From NCBI GenBank assembly GCA_050633305.1, contig JBOEGF010000010.1, forward strand, positions 32,001 through 96,000: a stretch of 64,000 bases of DNA. The letters are read 5' to 3'. Shown here piece after piece: positions 38,204-48,697 of the stretch; position 1 is the first letter of the stretch, and every line of letters starts with the position of its first letter. The notes beneath the pieces were generated by a model that was given only the letters and a program-made list of their open reading frames with translations, ran no database searches and was not told the origin of the DNA. This DNA is from Nannocystales bacterium. Its GTDB lineage: Bacteria > Myxococcota_A > Polyangia > Nannocystales > Nannocystaceae. Both the position numbers and the translations under genes were made by a program.

Positions 38204-38560
38204 ATGGGAATCGTCCTCTGGCTCGCGGTTCTCGCGAGCGCTGGCTGGCTGCTGTGGCTGTGGCTGTCCCGGGCGCGCCGAGTTGCGGTGGCAGGACGTC
38301 AGGCTCAGCGCCACATCGAGTTGGAGCGCGAGCGGCCTGGCGCGCTGCCGTCGGCATCGATCGAAGTCTCGTCGGCAGCAACCATCGAGCCAATCGTCGA
38401 GCGCGCCCCGTGTGCGGCGTGCGGAGGAGCGATGCACGTCGACGTGCACGAGGTCGAGGACTACGGTGGGGGCCGCCTTCGCCGAGTCGAGGCGCGGTGC
38501 GGCAGCTGCAGCCGGCCGGTCACGACTTGGTTTCGAGTTCGGGTGTCGCTGCCGAATTGA
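38204..38560 (+). CDS. Small membrane-anchored zinc-ribbon protein
   Basis: N-terminal TM helix, then CAAC...CGSC pair. Confidence 0.65.
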   Translation: MGIVLWLAVLASAGWLLWLWLSRARRVAVAGRQAQRHIELERERPGALPSASIEVSSAATIEPIVERAPCAACGGAMHVDVHEVEDYGGGRLRRVEARCGSCSRPVTTWFRVRVSLPN

Positions 38561-38578
38561 GCGGAGCGTTCGGCACGC

Positions 38579-40156
38579 TCACTTCATCTGCTTGGCCACC
38601 CGACACGCAGGCTTGGCACCGAGCTCGCATGCCCGGTGCGCATCGGCGCGGCCGCCGGACTTATCGCCGCCGTGCCACCGCGCGCCCGCCCGCTCCAAAA
38701 GCGCCTCCGCATGGTCGGGTTGTTCTGCGAGAAAGCGATCCCACATCTTCACAATCTCTGCGAACCGCTGCTCCCTTGCGAGTGCTTGGTCGAGCTTTCG
38801 GTGCAGGGCGAGGTCCTTCGGCGCATTCGCGACACGCTCTTGCAGGGCAGCAAGGTTGGTTCCCGACAGCCCGTATTTGGTCTGAGGATCACCCGCACCC
38901 GGAGAGATCGCATTGGCCAGCGCACGCAGCCTCCGGTCCATCGTGTCGTCTCCTTTCTTCCCCGCTTCGCGCGCGTCGTACCGCAGGCGTTCGAGAATGA
39001 AGCGGGTCGGTTTGTCGATGTCCGGGTTGAGCGGGTCGAGCCGTCGCGCGAGCAGAATATCCTCCGCGGCGGCCTCGAAGTCTTCGCGTTGCTTGTGGAC
39101 CCAGTGCCGCCCGACGATGCATGCCCGAGCCTGAGGGTCGACGTTGAGACCCGCCTCGAAGTGGGGCATCGCGTCACCGTGTCGGTTGAGCCTGACGAGG
39201 AGGTCGCCATAGAAGCAGGAGATACGGGGGAGAGGACCCCGAGAAACCGCCGCCGCGCAGGCTTGGAGGGATGCATCCTTCCCGTCACGTTGCCAGCCGC
39301 TTCGGCACTCGTCGAACTCGACGTAGGCAGGGACGAGGGCGAGAGCAGGATTGGTCTTGACCTCGGCGGGCATGAACTTCGCGGCGTCGAGCATCTCGGC
39401 CTTGGAGCCTCCCCAACGCGGCGCGTGGTCCAGCACCCACGCGGCGCGAGGCGCAAAGCATGTTGGACACTCCTTCAGAGACTGGTCGTAGAGACGACGC
39501 AACTCTTCCCGGGGTGCTCCGGTGCCGCGCAGCAGATGCTGTTTGGCGGTCATGAGCGAGACGGCGTTCGGGCGGAGCTGGAGCGCAGCGTCATAGTCGG
39601 CGATCGCCTCGGCGGCTCCGGACGCGAGGGCATCAAACTGCTCCCGGGTTGTCTTGTCTGCGGTCTTGCTTCCCCGTTTCGACCACGCGGCTTTCGCCTT
39701 CCAAGCCCCGCGGGCGGCGAGGGCTCCGAAGGACTTCGGAGTGGCCGCGACCCAGGCATCGAGCAGCGGGCCGAGCGTGGGGTCCGCGATCGCGAACGAA
39801 TTCATGGCTTGTTCGGGCCACGCTTCCTTGGAGAGGTCGTCCTCAAAGGCCGACTGCATGTGCTCGAACGCGGTGTTCAGGTCCGGGAATCGCTGCGCGC
39901 GGAGCAAGGCGAGCAAGACCGTGCTGTCCGGGCGGGAGAGGGGACGGCCGAAGGGATCGGTGCCGGCCGAGCCAACGAACGGGACGCCTTTGGGGATCGC
40001 TGGATCCGTGGGGCGCTTGGGTGAGAGGTCGGGTGCGCTACGCCGCTCCGTGGACTGCGGCAATCCCCGAGACGCGGCCAGGGGGACATCTTCGTTGAAC
40101 AGATCACAACCGAGCAGCGCGAACGCTGCGACTGAAACGGCAACCATCCTGGTCAT
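38579..40156 (-). CDS. DUF4034-like/TPR lipoprotein
   Basis: Lipobox LLGC, LDAWVAATPKS..A..ARG, AWSKRG, PRWGGS motifs, TPRs; ATG 40156. Confidence 0.75.
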   Translation of the reverse strand: MTRMVAVSVAAFALLGCDLFNEDVPLAASRGLPQSTERRSAPDLSPKRPTDPAIPKGVPFVGSAGTDPFGRPLSRPDSTVLLALLRAQRFPDLNTAFEHMQSAFEDDLSKEAWPEQAMNSFAIADPTLGPLLDAWVAATPKSFGALAARGAWKAKAAWSKRGSKTADKTTREQFDALASGAAEAIADYDAALQLRPNAVSLMTAKQHLLRGTGAPREELRRLYDQSLKECPTCFAPRAAWVLDHAPRWGGSKAEMLDAAKFMPAEVKTNPALALVPAYVEFDECRSGWQRDGKDASLQACAAAVSRGPLPRISCFYGDLLVRLNRHGDAMPHFEAGLNVDPQARACIVGRHWVHKQREDFEAAAEDILLARRLDPLNPDIDKPTRFILERLRYDAREAGKKGDDTMDRRLRALANAISPGAGDPQTKYGLSGTNLAALQERVANAPKDLALHRKLDQALAREQRFAEIVKMWDRFLAEQPDHAEALLERAGARWHGGDKSGGRADAHRACELGAKPACRVAKQMK

Positions 40157-40381
40157 CGAGGAGATGATGACAGCTTCCTTCGGACACACCGACGGCGAAG
40201 GTTTGCGTTGGCCAGGCCGGGGGCTGCGGTTGTCCACGGTCCTGCCATCGAGCCGTGCGTCCACGCGCATCCATACACCGCGTATCCCTCGACGATGGCT
40301 CGTTCCAAGGACCGGCCCCAGCACCGAATCGAGATCGGGAGTAACAGCGCGCCCGGCAGGTGCGAACATGGCCGGAAGCCC

Positions 40382-41605
40382 ATGACTGACGCACTCGCAC
40401 AGCCGCTCACCTTGACGCAGGACGTCACACTGCCCAACCGAATTGGAAAGGGCGCGATGAGCGAGAACCTGTGTGAAACGGATGGTGCTCCCACCGAGGG
40501 ACTGCTCAAGCTGTACGAGCGCTGGGGCCGAGGCGGCGCAGGCATGTTGCTGACGGGCAACGTCATCGTGAAACCCAATGGGCGGACCGAACCCCACAAC
40601 GTGGTGATCGAAGGCGACCGGCATTTGCCCATGCTGAAGCGGTGGGCCGACGCCGCGCAGGCCCAGGGCTCCAAACTCTTCATGCAGATCAACCACGCGG
40701 GTCGGCAGACCATGCGCGCCGTAACCTGGGAGCCTGTTGCCCCGTCGGCTGTCGCGGTCAAACGTCCGGGGGTCTTCAGTGTGCCACGTCCGCTCGAAGA
40801 CGCGGAGATCGAGGACCTCATCCAGCGCTACGCGTTTGTGGCCTCGCAAGCCTACGAAGCCGGATTTGCGGGCGTGCAGATTCATGGTGCGCACGGGTAC
40901 TTGGTCAGCCAGTTCCTCTCCCCCCTGACCAACCTGCGAACCGATCGGTGGGGTGGGTCGCTGGACAACCGAATGCGCTTCCCCGTCGAGATCGCCAAAG
41001 CGATGCGCAAGGCTACGAGCCCCACGTTTGCGATCTCGGCCAAGCTCAACTCCGCCGACTTTCAACGTGGAGGGTTCTCTCCCGAAGACTCGGTCCTCGT
41101 GGCCCAAGCGCTCGAAGCCGAGGGGCTCGACTTGCTCGAGATCTCCGGTGGAAGCTACGAGAAGCCCGCGATGATGGGCGCCGCCCGAGAGAGCACGCGC
41201 AAACGCGAGGCGTACTTTGTCGAGTACGCAGAGACGATGCGTCAGACGGTCAAGATGCCGCTCATGGTGACCGGTGGGTTCCGCACTCGCGCGGGCATGC
41301 TCGAGGCACGCTCAACCGGCGCCGTGGATGTCATCGGCATTGCGCGCCCGTTCGCGGTCGACCCCGACTTGGCCCAGAAGATCTTGGATGGGGACGAGAC
41401 CCGCCTGGACCACGGCGACACCAAGGTCGGCGTCCGTCTGTTCGATGACCTGATGCAGCTGTGGTGGTACCAGGAGCAGATGAAGCGGATGTCGCAAGGG
41501 CATGAACCGGCGGCGCAGATCGGGAAGCTCGGCACGTTGGTGCGGAACTTGGGCGGGGTGTCGAGGCACGTGATCGCGCGACGGTTCTCGTCCTCGCCAT
41601 CCTGA
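40382..41605 (+). CDS. NADH:flavin oxidoreductase (Old Yellow Enzyme family)
   Basis: LPNRIGKGAMSE, QINHAGRQ, IHGAHGYLVSQFLSP..N.RTD.WGGSLDNRMRF, KLNSADF. Confidence 0.93.
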   Translation: MTDALAQPLTLTQDVTLPNRIGKGAMSENLCETDGAPTEGLLKLYERWGRGGAGMLLTGNVIVKPNGRTEPHNVVIEGDRHLPMLKRWADAAQAQGSKLFMQINHAGRQTMRAVTWEPVAPSAVAVKRPGVFSVPRPLEDAEIEDLIQRYAFVASQAYEAGFAGVQIHGAHGYLVSQFLSPLTNLRTDRWGGSLDNRMRFPVEIAKAMRKATSPTFAISAKLNSADFQRGGFSPEDSVLVAQALEAEGLDLLEISGGSYEKPAMMGAARESTRKREAYFVEYAETMRQTVKMPLMVTGGFRTRAGMLEARSTGAVDVIGIARPFAVDPDLAQKILDGDETRLDHGDTKVGVRLFDDLMQLWWYQEQMKRMSQGHEPAAQIGKLGTLVRNLGGVSRHVIARRFSSSPS

Positions 41606-41857
41606 GTGTCGCGGCCCGGTGTCGGTTCGGGCGGTGCGATGGAGGTCGCCTTCGCACTCGGTCCGACACTCGACGCGACCGAGGTGAACGGCGCCTCCGA
41701 TTCGACTGTAGCGGCGCCAACGGGATGTTCGTTCCGGGCGGCCGAACGTTCGATCTTCGGGAGAAGGAGCCGACAGCGGCGAGTTGCCCTGCTACGATTT
41801 CACCTCGGTTCGCGCGAACGGTCTTGTTTCGTTGCTTAGATCGCGGGGGCTGGTTTC

Positions 41858-41881
41858 GGGTTGGGTTGGGTTGAGTTGAGT
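41858..41881 (+). repeat. Pentamer tandem repeat (GGGTT)3 GAGTT GAGT upstream of the PilZ gene
   Basis: Read directly. Confidence 0.8.
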
Positions 41882-41925
41882 AGCCACGGGAGTGCAGTTC
41901 CCCAAATGCGAGGCGATAGGCGATC

Positions 41926-42333
41926 ATGGAAACCCAAACAAACTCCACCCGACTTCAAGCTCTGATCCCCATTGTCGACCGGCGTGAACACGCGCGTGTC
42001 TGCAGCAATATCCGCTGCGTCGTCAAGACGCGTGGCGGCGTCGGTGAGTACGGAGTGGGAGACCTTTCGATCTCGGGAGCACTGCTCACCGACGGACCGC
42101 GACTGCGAAACCGGTGCCCGTTGATCGTGCTGCTCCGCGTGCCGCTGTACCCGGAGGTGCGAATCCCCGCGCGAGTCATTCGGACCGGCGTCGACGAAGA
42201 CGGACGTCCCACGGCCGGCATCGAGTTCGTGCACAGCAGCGACGTGACCCAAGACCACATCCAGGCGGCGTTGCTCTCCGAGTTGGAGCGAAGCCGCAAC
42301 GACGGTCGCATCGCTGATGTGCTGCAGGCTTGA
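41926..42333 (+). CDS. Single-domain PilZ protein (putative c-di-GMP receptor)
   Basis: RREHAR (RxxxR) and DLSISG (D/NxSxxG) motifs, ARVIR, GIEF. Confidence 0.85.
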   Translation: METQTNSTRLQALIPIVDRREHARVCSNIRCVVKTRGGVGEYGVGDLSISGALLTDGPRLRNRCPLIVLLRVPLYPEVRIPARVIRTGVDEDGRPTAGIEFVHSSDVTQDHIQAALLSELERSRNDGRIADVLQA

Positions 42334-42339
42334 GCCGAC

Positions 42340-43332
42340 TCAGCCATTGAGCAGCGAGGTTCGCGTCTTCGGGTAGCGCGGGCCCGAGAACGCACCCGCG
42401 GGGGCAAGCTTGTCCAGCTCCGCCAACTCGTCTGCGCTCAGCTTCACCTCGCCGGCGCGCCGGTTCTCGTCCAGCCGATGAATCTTGCGCGTACCAGGGA
42501 TCGCCAGCACGTGCTCTCCTCGGGAGAGGACCCACGCCAGCGCCAGCTGTGCAGTCGTGCACCCATGAGACTCGGCGAAGGTCTCGAGGCGAGCCAACAA
42601 CGCCACGTTCGCATCGAGGTTCTCACCCTGAAAGCGCTCGCTCGATCGGCGGAAGTCGTCCGCCGCGAGTGCGTCGGCGCTCTTGATCGCGCCGGCCAAG
42701 AATCCACGCCCCAGGGGGCTGTACGCGACGAACGCGATACCGAGCTCGGCGCAGGCGGGCAGCGTGGTCTTCTCGAGGTCTCTGGACCACAGCGAGAGCT
42801 CACTTTGCAGCGCGGCGATCGGGTGCACGGCGTAGGCGCGACGCAGGGTCTCCGGAGCTGCCTCCGACAAGCCAAGAAAACGAACCTTGCCTTCTCGGAC
42901 CAGGTCTCCCATGGCTCCGACAGTGTCTTCGATCGGCACCTGTGGGTCGACTCGATGCTGGTAGTAGAGGTCGATCGTGTCCACGCCGAGACGGGCCAAG
43001 CTCGCCTCGCAAGCTTGTTTCACATATTCGGGGCGACCGCTCACGCCATCGAACGAGCCGTCCTCTCCACGCTGAAATGCGAACTTGGTGGCCAGGAAGG
43101 CCTGGTCACGACGTCCCGCCAAGGCCTTGCCGAGCAACCGCTCATTGGCGCCGACCCCGTACATGTCCGCGGTGTCGAGGTGGGTCACGCCGTTGTCGAG
43201 TGCGTGGTGAATGACGCGGATCGACTCCGCTTCGTCCGAGGGCCCGTAGAACTCGCTCATTCCCATGCAACCCAGGCCGATGGGGGGCAGCGAGGGGCCG
43301 TGGACTCCGAGGGCGCGTTGCATCGTGCTCAT
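42340..43332 (-). CDS. Aldo/keto reductase
   Basis: [49 protein letters not shown]. Confidence 0.95.
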   Translation of the reverse strand: MSTMQRALGVHGPSLPPIGLGCMGMSEFYGPSDEAESIRVIHHALDNGVTHLDTADMYGVGANERLLGKALAGRRDQAFLATKFAFQRGEDGSFDGVSGRPEYVKQACEASLARLGVDTIDLYYQHRVDPQVPIEDTVGAMGDLVREGKVRFLGLSEAAPETLRRAYAVHPIAALQSELSLWSRDLEKTTLPACAELGIAFVAYSPLGRGFLAGAIKSADALAADDFRRSSERFQGENLDANVALLARLETFAESHGCTTAQLALAWVLSRGEHVLAIPGTRKIHRLDENRRAGEVKLSADELAELDKLAPAGAFSGPRYPKTRTSLLNG

Positions 43333-43506
43333 GGCAGAGGGGTAGTCCTTGGCCGCCGGGGGCCGCCACCTCGAAAACACGTGACGTCTTGCCCGATTCT
43401 GCGATCGTGGCAGGCGCTTGCCCGATCCTGCGATCCCCCGGCCCAATCGTGCGCTTTGAGCAGGGAGCATGGACGGCCGGCATCCATCTCGTCATGCTCG
43501 GGACCG

Positions 43507-44385
43507 ATGCGCACCCTTCGTCAGCTTCGCCGGCTTGTCCTGGCCCGGGCCGAAGGCGAGGGCCACACCGTGACCGCCCTTCCTGGACTTCGGCTCTTTC
43601 GTACGACGAGCCCGGTTTGTGCGAAGCGGGTCGAGGCTCGGATGGTGACCTTGGCTGTGATCCTCGAGGGCCGCAAGGTCGTGGGATTTGGCGACCAAGA
43701 GTTGGCCTACGAGCCGGGCCACTACCTCCTGATCACCGGGGAGAGGCGCTACAAGGCCTCGATCGAAGGAGTGAGCGCCGAGCGCCCGTACTACTCGGTG
43801 TCGCTGGAGTTCTCGCCCGAGCAGGTCGCAAAGGCTCTGCTCGCGCTGACGGACGCCGGTGTTCGTTTCCAGGACGATGAGGCTGATAGCCCGGCCGTCA
43901 CGGCGCGACTCGAAGCACCGATCCTCGATGCTCTGGTGCGCCTGGTCGAGCATCTCGATGACCCCGTCGCGCTCAAGGTGCTCGCGGCCGGAACGGTGCA
44001 GGAGCTGCTGACACACCTGCTCCGGAGTCCGTCGGGGGCGACGTTGCGTCGCGCAGCTGCAGTCGACGATGGCCGGATCCTGCGAGCCCGGGTGTACCTT
44101 CAGGAACACGTTGGCACCCGTGTGAGCGTGGATGACGTCGCGCGGCATGTCGCGATGAGCTCGTCACACTTCGCACATCGCTTTCGCGAAGTCGTTCGTG
44201 TGAGCCCCATGCAGTACCTCAAGCATCTGCGGCTGGAGCGGGCTCGCCTGCTGATGCTGGGTGAGGGGCTGGGCGCGGCCGAGGCTGGCGTGAGCGTGGG
44301 CTATGCCTCACCGTCCCATTTCACACGCGACTTCAAGGGACACTTCGGTGCACCACCGGCGACGTATCTCAGCCGCTTCCGATAG
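43507..44385 (+). CDS. AraC family regulator (AraC_N type), divergent from the AKR
   Basis: N-terminal AVILEGRK domain; double HTH AMSSSHFAHRFR...SPMQYLKHLRL...VGYASPSHFTRDFK. Confidence 0.92.
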   Translation: MRTLRQLRRLVLARAEGEGHTVTALPGLRLFRTTSPVCAKRVEARMVTLAVILEGRKVVGFGDQELAYEPGHYLLITGERRYKASIEGVSAERPYYSVSLEFSPEQVAKALLALTDAGVRFQDDEADSPAVTARLEAPILDALVRLVEHLDDPVALKVLAAGTVQELLTHLLRSPSGATLRRAAAVDDGRILRARVYLQEHVGTRVSVDDVARHVAMSSSHFAHRFREVVRVSPMQYLKHLRLERARLLMLGEGLGAAEAGVSVGYASPSHFTRDFKGHFGAPPATYLSRFR

Positions 44386-44429
44386 CTGGGGCGGGCGCTG
44401 CCCGCCGTCGGCGGTGGTAGGTTCGCGCC

Positions 44430-45221
44430 ATGCTTCCCCTCGAGGCGCGGTCGTGGATCTCGAGCCAGGATCGAGACGTTGCGAAAACCGCAGCGCTCCA
44501 TTCGACCCAGGGCGAGGTGTGGCGCGTGACGCTGGACGATGGGCGGTGTCTGGTGCTCAAGCGTGCGTCGCGGGCAGCGATCGACCGGGAGTGCTGGGGT
44601 CTCGACGTCGCGCGTGGGATCGGTTCGAGTCCGAGGGTTCTGGCACGGCCTGCGCCGGAGCTCGTGGTGCTGAGCTGGCATGACGGTACGTCTCGCGTGG
44701 ACGGAGAGGTCATGCGCAGCGCGGGAGTCTGGCTGCGAACGCTGCACGCGTGCGAAGGGGCGTTCGAAGACCCGCTTCCGGTGTGGGATGCGATCGGCCG
44801 CCGACGCGACGCCTGGCTCGACCGGGCCAAGGACCAGCTGCCCGGGCAGACGAGGAACAAACTCCGCGCTGCGATCGACCCCGCTGTGTTCTCGGGGCTG
44901 AAGCGGTCGGCCTGCCACCGCGACTACACGCCGACGAACTGGCTCTGGGACGGTGCGCTCACCGTGATCGACTTCGGCCAGGCGCGTCCCGACGTTGCGC
45001 TGTGGGACCTCGTCAAGCTCGAGGCGGAGACGTTCCACGAGTCCCCCCTGCTTCGCGCGGCGTTCTTCGAAGGCTACGGCCCGCTGGACACACGGGACGA
45101 AGAGCGGCTTCGACAACTCGTGCTCCTGCATGCCCTGCAGACCGCGGCGTGGGGGGATGCCCATCATGACGCGGCGTTCTCGAGCTTGGGACGCCAGATC
45201 CTCGACCGGCGCCTGAGCTGA
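44430..45221 (+). CDS. Aminoglycoside phosphotransferase / choline-kinase-like protein
   Basis: VLK, HRDYTPTNW (Brenner-type motif), VIDFG. Confidence 0.8.
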   Translation: MLPLEARSWISSQDRDVAKTAALHSTQGEVWRVTLDDGRCLVLKRASRAAIDRECWGLDVARGIGSSPRVLARPAPELVVLSWHDGTSRVDGEVMRSAGVWLRTLHACEGAFEDPLPVWDAIGRRRDAWLDRAKDQLPGQTRNKLRAAIDPAVFSGLKRSACHRDYTPTNWLWDGALTVIDFGQARPDVALWDLVKLEAETFHESPLLRAAFFEGYGPLDTRDEERLRQLVLLHALQTAAWGDAHHDAAFSSLGRQILDRRLS

Positions 45222-45276
45222 GGAGGGAGCGGTCGCGCTCGTCCGCGCTCGTTCTTTGGGGGCCTTCGGTTCTTCC

Positions 45277-47124
45277 CTAAGAATCTGCAACAACACGACG
45301 ACGACGACGTCGGAGCACCGCCGCAAGGGCGAGCAGCGAGAGCCAGCCCGCGTCGGACGGTGAACCGGTTCGGCAACCATTGTTCGGGAGAACAGCAATT
45401 CCCGCACCATCGGTATCTGTTCCCGCGCTCCCATCGCTAGATTCGCCGCGCGTGTCGGTTGTCTGCGGTGGGCTGGGCTCGTCTCCAGTTGTGCCCTCGC
45501 TCGGGTCACCGCTCGTGGTGTCCCGAGATCCGCTTTCCGAGCCCGTTGGGCTCGTCGCCGTGTCTCCGGTTTCACCGCCGCTCGACGAGCCACCGCTGCC
45601 TTGTTCCACTTGGTACTCGAGGTTGTCGCTGCACCCCACGTTGCCCGCCGCGTCCTCGGCACACAATCGGTAGACGACGGTTCCCGAGACCCCACGACCC
45701 GGAAGCTCGACTCGAAAAACGTCCCCGCCCATGAAGGTGGCGTCCACGGTGAGCGCCGCTTCATCGGGGTTGAGCTCGGCATAGGCTCGCTCGAGCCGAG
45801 GCCCCATGTCGCTGAGCGCTCCATCGCTCACCGCGAAGTGGGTGACGGCGACCGCACCCGACCCGACCGGTTCGGTGGGGGGTGCTTCGGTGACGATGAT
45901 GTTCGGCGCCGCGGTGTCGACCTGGACAGCACTGGAGCCGAAGTGCACCCGGTTGAGGAACGACCCGGACTCGCCCTGCCCGGTTGCGATATCGAGACGG
46001 TCGTCCCCGTTGAGGTCCCCCATCTCTGCCCACAGGCTGCTGTCGGTCGGCCCGTCGAAGGCGTCTGGCTGATACGTGAACATCCCGCTGCCGTCATTGA
46101 CCAGCAGCCGCTCGGGGGTCCCCAGTGCGACCACGACCGCATCCATGTCGCCGTCGTGGTCCACATCGGCGCACACGATCCCGTTGTCATCCGAGCCTGG
46201 GTTGCCACTGACCTGCGCGACGGTGACATCGGTGAAGCCTCCGCTGCCGTCGTTGACCCACAATCGCTCCGTGTAGTTGGGCCCCTGGTTGTCGATCCAG
46301 ACGTCGAGGTCACCATCGCCATCGACGTCGCAGATGCCTGGCCCGTAGTGGAGGCCGCCCGACGACGAAAAATCGCTGTCGGTGAATGTCCCGGAACCGT
46401 CGTTGATCCAGATCCGATTGTCGCCGAAATGCGCGTTGGTCATCAGATCCAGGTCGAAGTCACGGTCGACGTCGAAGAGGTCAATGTCATTGAGGTCGGG
46501 ACCGGCGTCGAAGGGGATCGCGTCGGCCAGCACTTCAAACGTCCCATCTCCGTCGTTGAGATAGACGACGACTTCGCCGGAGGAGCCGGTGTCGGCGATC
46601 AGGATGTCGAGATCTCCGTCGTCGTCGAGGTCGCCCATCCGCGTTGAGCCCACGCCGAATGGCTGGACAGGCAGACGGTCTGCGGCTTCATCTGTGAAGA
46701 CTCCCGACCCATCGTTGATGAACAGCGCCGCGTTGCCGGTCCCGTTGACGGGTGCGTAGAGGTCGAGGTCGCCGTCGCCGTCGATGTCTCCGATGCCCAT
46801 CTGATGCACGCTCGCGGCATACCCTCCAACCGCTGCTGCGGAGACGTCGGTGAACCCACCGCTTCCATCGTTTTCGTAGATGACGAGCGGTTGTGAGCCG
46901 CTGCCGTTGGGGAATGCGATGTCGAGGTCGCCGTCCCCGTCGAGGTCGGCGACGCGGAGGTAGCGGGTGTAGCAACCGCCGCCCGCACAAGGTTGCGTGC
47001 CGAAGATGCCCTCTTGGTGGGTGAAGAGAGGTGGTGAGCCGGCGGAGGCGACCGAGGAGGTACCCCAAAGAGCGACTGCGCCCATGACCGTCAAGAACCG
47101 AGCTCGCGCCGAGGTGTCATCCAT
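45277..47124 (-). CDS. FG-GAP/VCBS repeat surface protein with MYXO-CTERM sorting signal
   Basis: About seven DxDGDGDLD / NDGSGxF repeats; C-terminal GCRTG...WLSLLALAAVLRRRRRR; ATG 47124. Confidence 0.88.
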   Translation of the reverse strand: MDDTSARARFLTVMGAVALWGTSSVASAGSPPLFTHQEGIFGTQPCAGGGCYTRYLRVADLDGDGDLDIAFPNGSGSQPLVIYENDGSGGFTDVSAAAVGGYAASVHQMGIGDIDGDGDLDLYAPVNGTGNAALFINDGSGVFTDEAADRLPVQPFGVGSTRMGDLDDDGDLDILIADTGSSGEVVVYLNDGDGTFEVLADAIPFDAGPDLNDIDLFDVDRDFDLDLMTNAHFGDNRIWINDGSGTFTDSDFSSSGGLHYGPGICDVDGDGDLDVWIDNQGPNYTERLWVNDGSGGFTDVTVAQVSGNPGSDDNGIVCADVDHDGDMDAVVVALGTPERLLVNDGSGMFTYQPDAFDGPTDSSLWAEMGDLNGDDRLDIATGQGESGSFLNRVHFGSSAVQVDTAAPNIIVTEAPPTEPVGSGAVAVTHFAVSDGALSDMGPRLERAYAELNPDEAALTVDATFMGGDVFRVELPGRGVSGTVVYRLCAEDAAGNVGCSDNLEYQVEQGSGGSSSGGETGDTATSPTGSESGSRDTTSGDPSEGTTGDEPSPPQTTDTRGESSDGSAGTDTDGAGIAVLPNNGCRTGSPSDAGWLSLLALAAVLRRRRRRVVADS

Positions 47125-47596
47125 CCTTCGTAGATGGCGGTGGCCTGCCGATCCTTCACGGCCGCTTGGCGCCGAGTTCGGGCGCGGCGGAGCGCTCACA
47201 TTGGCGGCTTCCTGCTGCAGTGGCGCATCTCCTCGCAGCTGGAAAGGTGACTGCAACTCGCGGGTCCGGCGGGGACCAAGGTTGCGGTTCAAGCCGACCT
47301 TGAGTTGGTGGGCCGATCGCCCTGAACCTACCCCTCGTCTGCTCATCGTCGCTCACCGACCCAAGCTTCCGTCGGCGGGTCAGTACCCCGCGGCGCGGGT
47401 CGTTTGGGCTGGTCCTGCGCGCAGGCCGAAGTCTTCGCGGGGCGGGGTCGGCTCGCATCGGAGCAGCAACGGGAGTCGAATCCTCGGCCCGGGAATTCGC
47501 GGTCGCGATCTTTTTTCCGGCCTGGTGTCGATCAGAGGGGCGCCCGTTCGTCATGTCGGCGGAGACGCCCGCAACGAGCGGGCCACGACGTCCTTC

Positions 47597-48313
47597 ATGT
47601 TCATTCTGCAGACCATTCCGCCCAACTTTGGGCTCCGCAACCCTTCCTCGTTCTCCTTGAAGGCTGAGACCTTGCTCCGGCTCGGAGGCTTCACCTACGA
47701 ACGCGTCGACGCGCGGCCGGACAAGGCGCCCAAGCGCAAGCTACCTGTTCTCAAGGACGGGGACGTCGTTGTCCCGGATAGCGCCCATATTCAGGCATAC
47801 CTGGAGGCGCATCACGGCGCGAGGTGGGACGCCGGTCTGTCTGCTGCTCAGCTTGCCGAGGCCGCTGCCTTTCGTGCACTTGTCGAGGACCAGCTCTACT
47901 TCGTGATGAGCTATGCACTGTGGGTCGAGCACGGGGACGAGTTCCGCGAAGGCGCCTTCCAGGCCGTCCCCGGTGTCATTCGCCGTCTGGTTTTCAACGG
48001 TCTCCGGAGAAAGGTCGTGCGCGGCCTGGATGCGCAAGGCCTCGGTCGGCATTCTCGAGCGGAGATCTTCGCATTCGGCGTGGACAGCCTTCGTGCCTTG
48101 GAGGCCCGGCTGGCAGGCGTGGAATTCTTCTTCGGCGCGAACCCGACGTCGATCGACGCGTCGGTGTACGGGATGCTGCACAGCCTCCTCCGCGGACCGT
48201 TCGAGAATCCGTTGTCTTCGTTCGCTCGGAACAGCGCGGTATTGCCCGGGTATGAGGCGCGCGTGGATGCGTCGGTGTTTGGGCCATCCGACGCCGAGCT
48301 CGCAGCTGAGTAG
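47597..48313 (+). CDS. Glutathione S-transferase family protein (FAX/metaxin-like)
   Basis: SSFSLKAETLLR, PKRKLPVL..GD..VPDS, FFFG..PTSIDASVYG. Confidence 0.85.
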   Translation: MFILQTIPPNFGLRNPSSFSLKAETLLRLGGFTYERVDARPDKAPKRKLPVLKDGDVVVPDSAHIQAYLEAHHGARWDAGLSAAQLAEAAAFRALVEDQLYFVMSYALWVEHGDEFREGAFQAVPGVIRRLVFNGLRRKVVRGLDAQGLGRHSRAEIFAFGVDSLRALEARLAGVEFFFGANPTSIDASVYGMLHSLLRGPFENPLSSFARNSAVLPGYEARVDASVFGPSDAELAAE

Positions 48314-48536
48314 TCTCAGACCACCCCGATGAGGTCGTCGAGGCTGTTGGCGAACGGCTCGGGCGCGGCCCGCAAGGGCCTTCGGCCACCCGAGCTGCTT
48401 CGGACCCGCCCAGACGACGAGACCCGGCCACGTGGTCCTTCTCCCTCGTCCGGCTTGGTGTCCGGCCTCTTCGCGGTGTTCTCTGCGGTTGGTTTGCATG
48501 TCGCCGGAGACGCCCATCGTCGATGAGGCTGATCGT

Positions 48537-48555
48537 TCTGTAAGTGTCTGTAAGT
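48537..48555. promoter_or_regulatory. Direct repeat TCTGTAAGT-N-TCTGTAAGT, candidate regulator binding site
   Basis: Perfect 9-mers with 10-bp period in an AT-rich intergenic patch. Confidence 0.5.
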
Positions 48556-48697
48556 AAACACGAATGGTGCGGTTCTTCGCCCCGTACGACGTGAAGGACG
48601 CACACGGGCGACGGCCATGCCCTCCCTGCAGTTTCGGCGGGTTGCGGAGAAACTAGGCGCCCCTGGAGTGGGTCTCAGGGCCGCAATGCCTGGTGCC

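Noticed and set aside
44430..45221. Aminoglycoside resistance gene
   Set aside because: Only generic APH/choline-kinase fold motifs; no mobile context or specific similarity that I can recognise.
45800..46950. Periodic nucleotide repeats resembling an array
   Set aside because: They are degenerate codons of FG-GAP protein repeats, not CRISPR repeats with spacers.
47125..47596. Structured RNA in the roughly 470-bp divergent intergenic region
   Set aside because: Only short stems, as expected by chance at this GC content; no recognisable motif.
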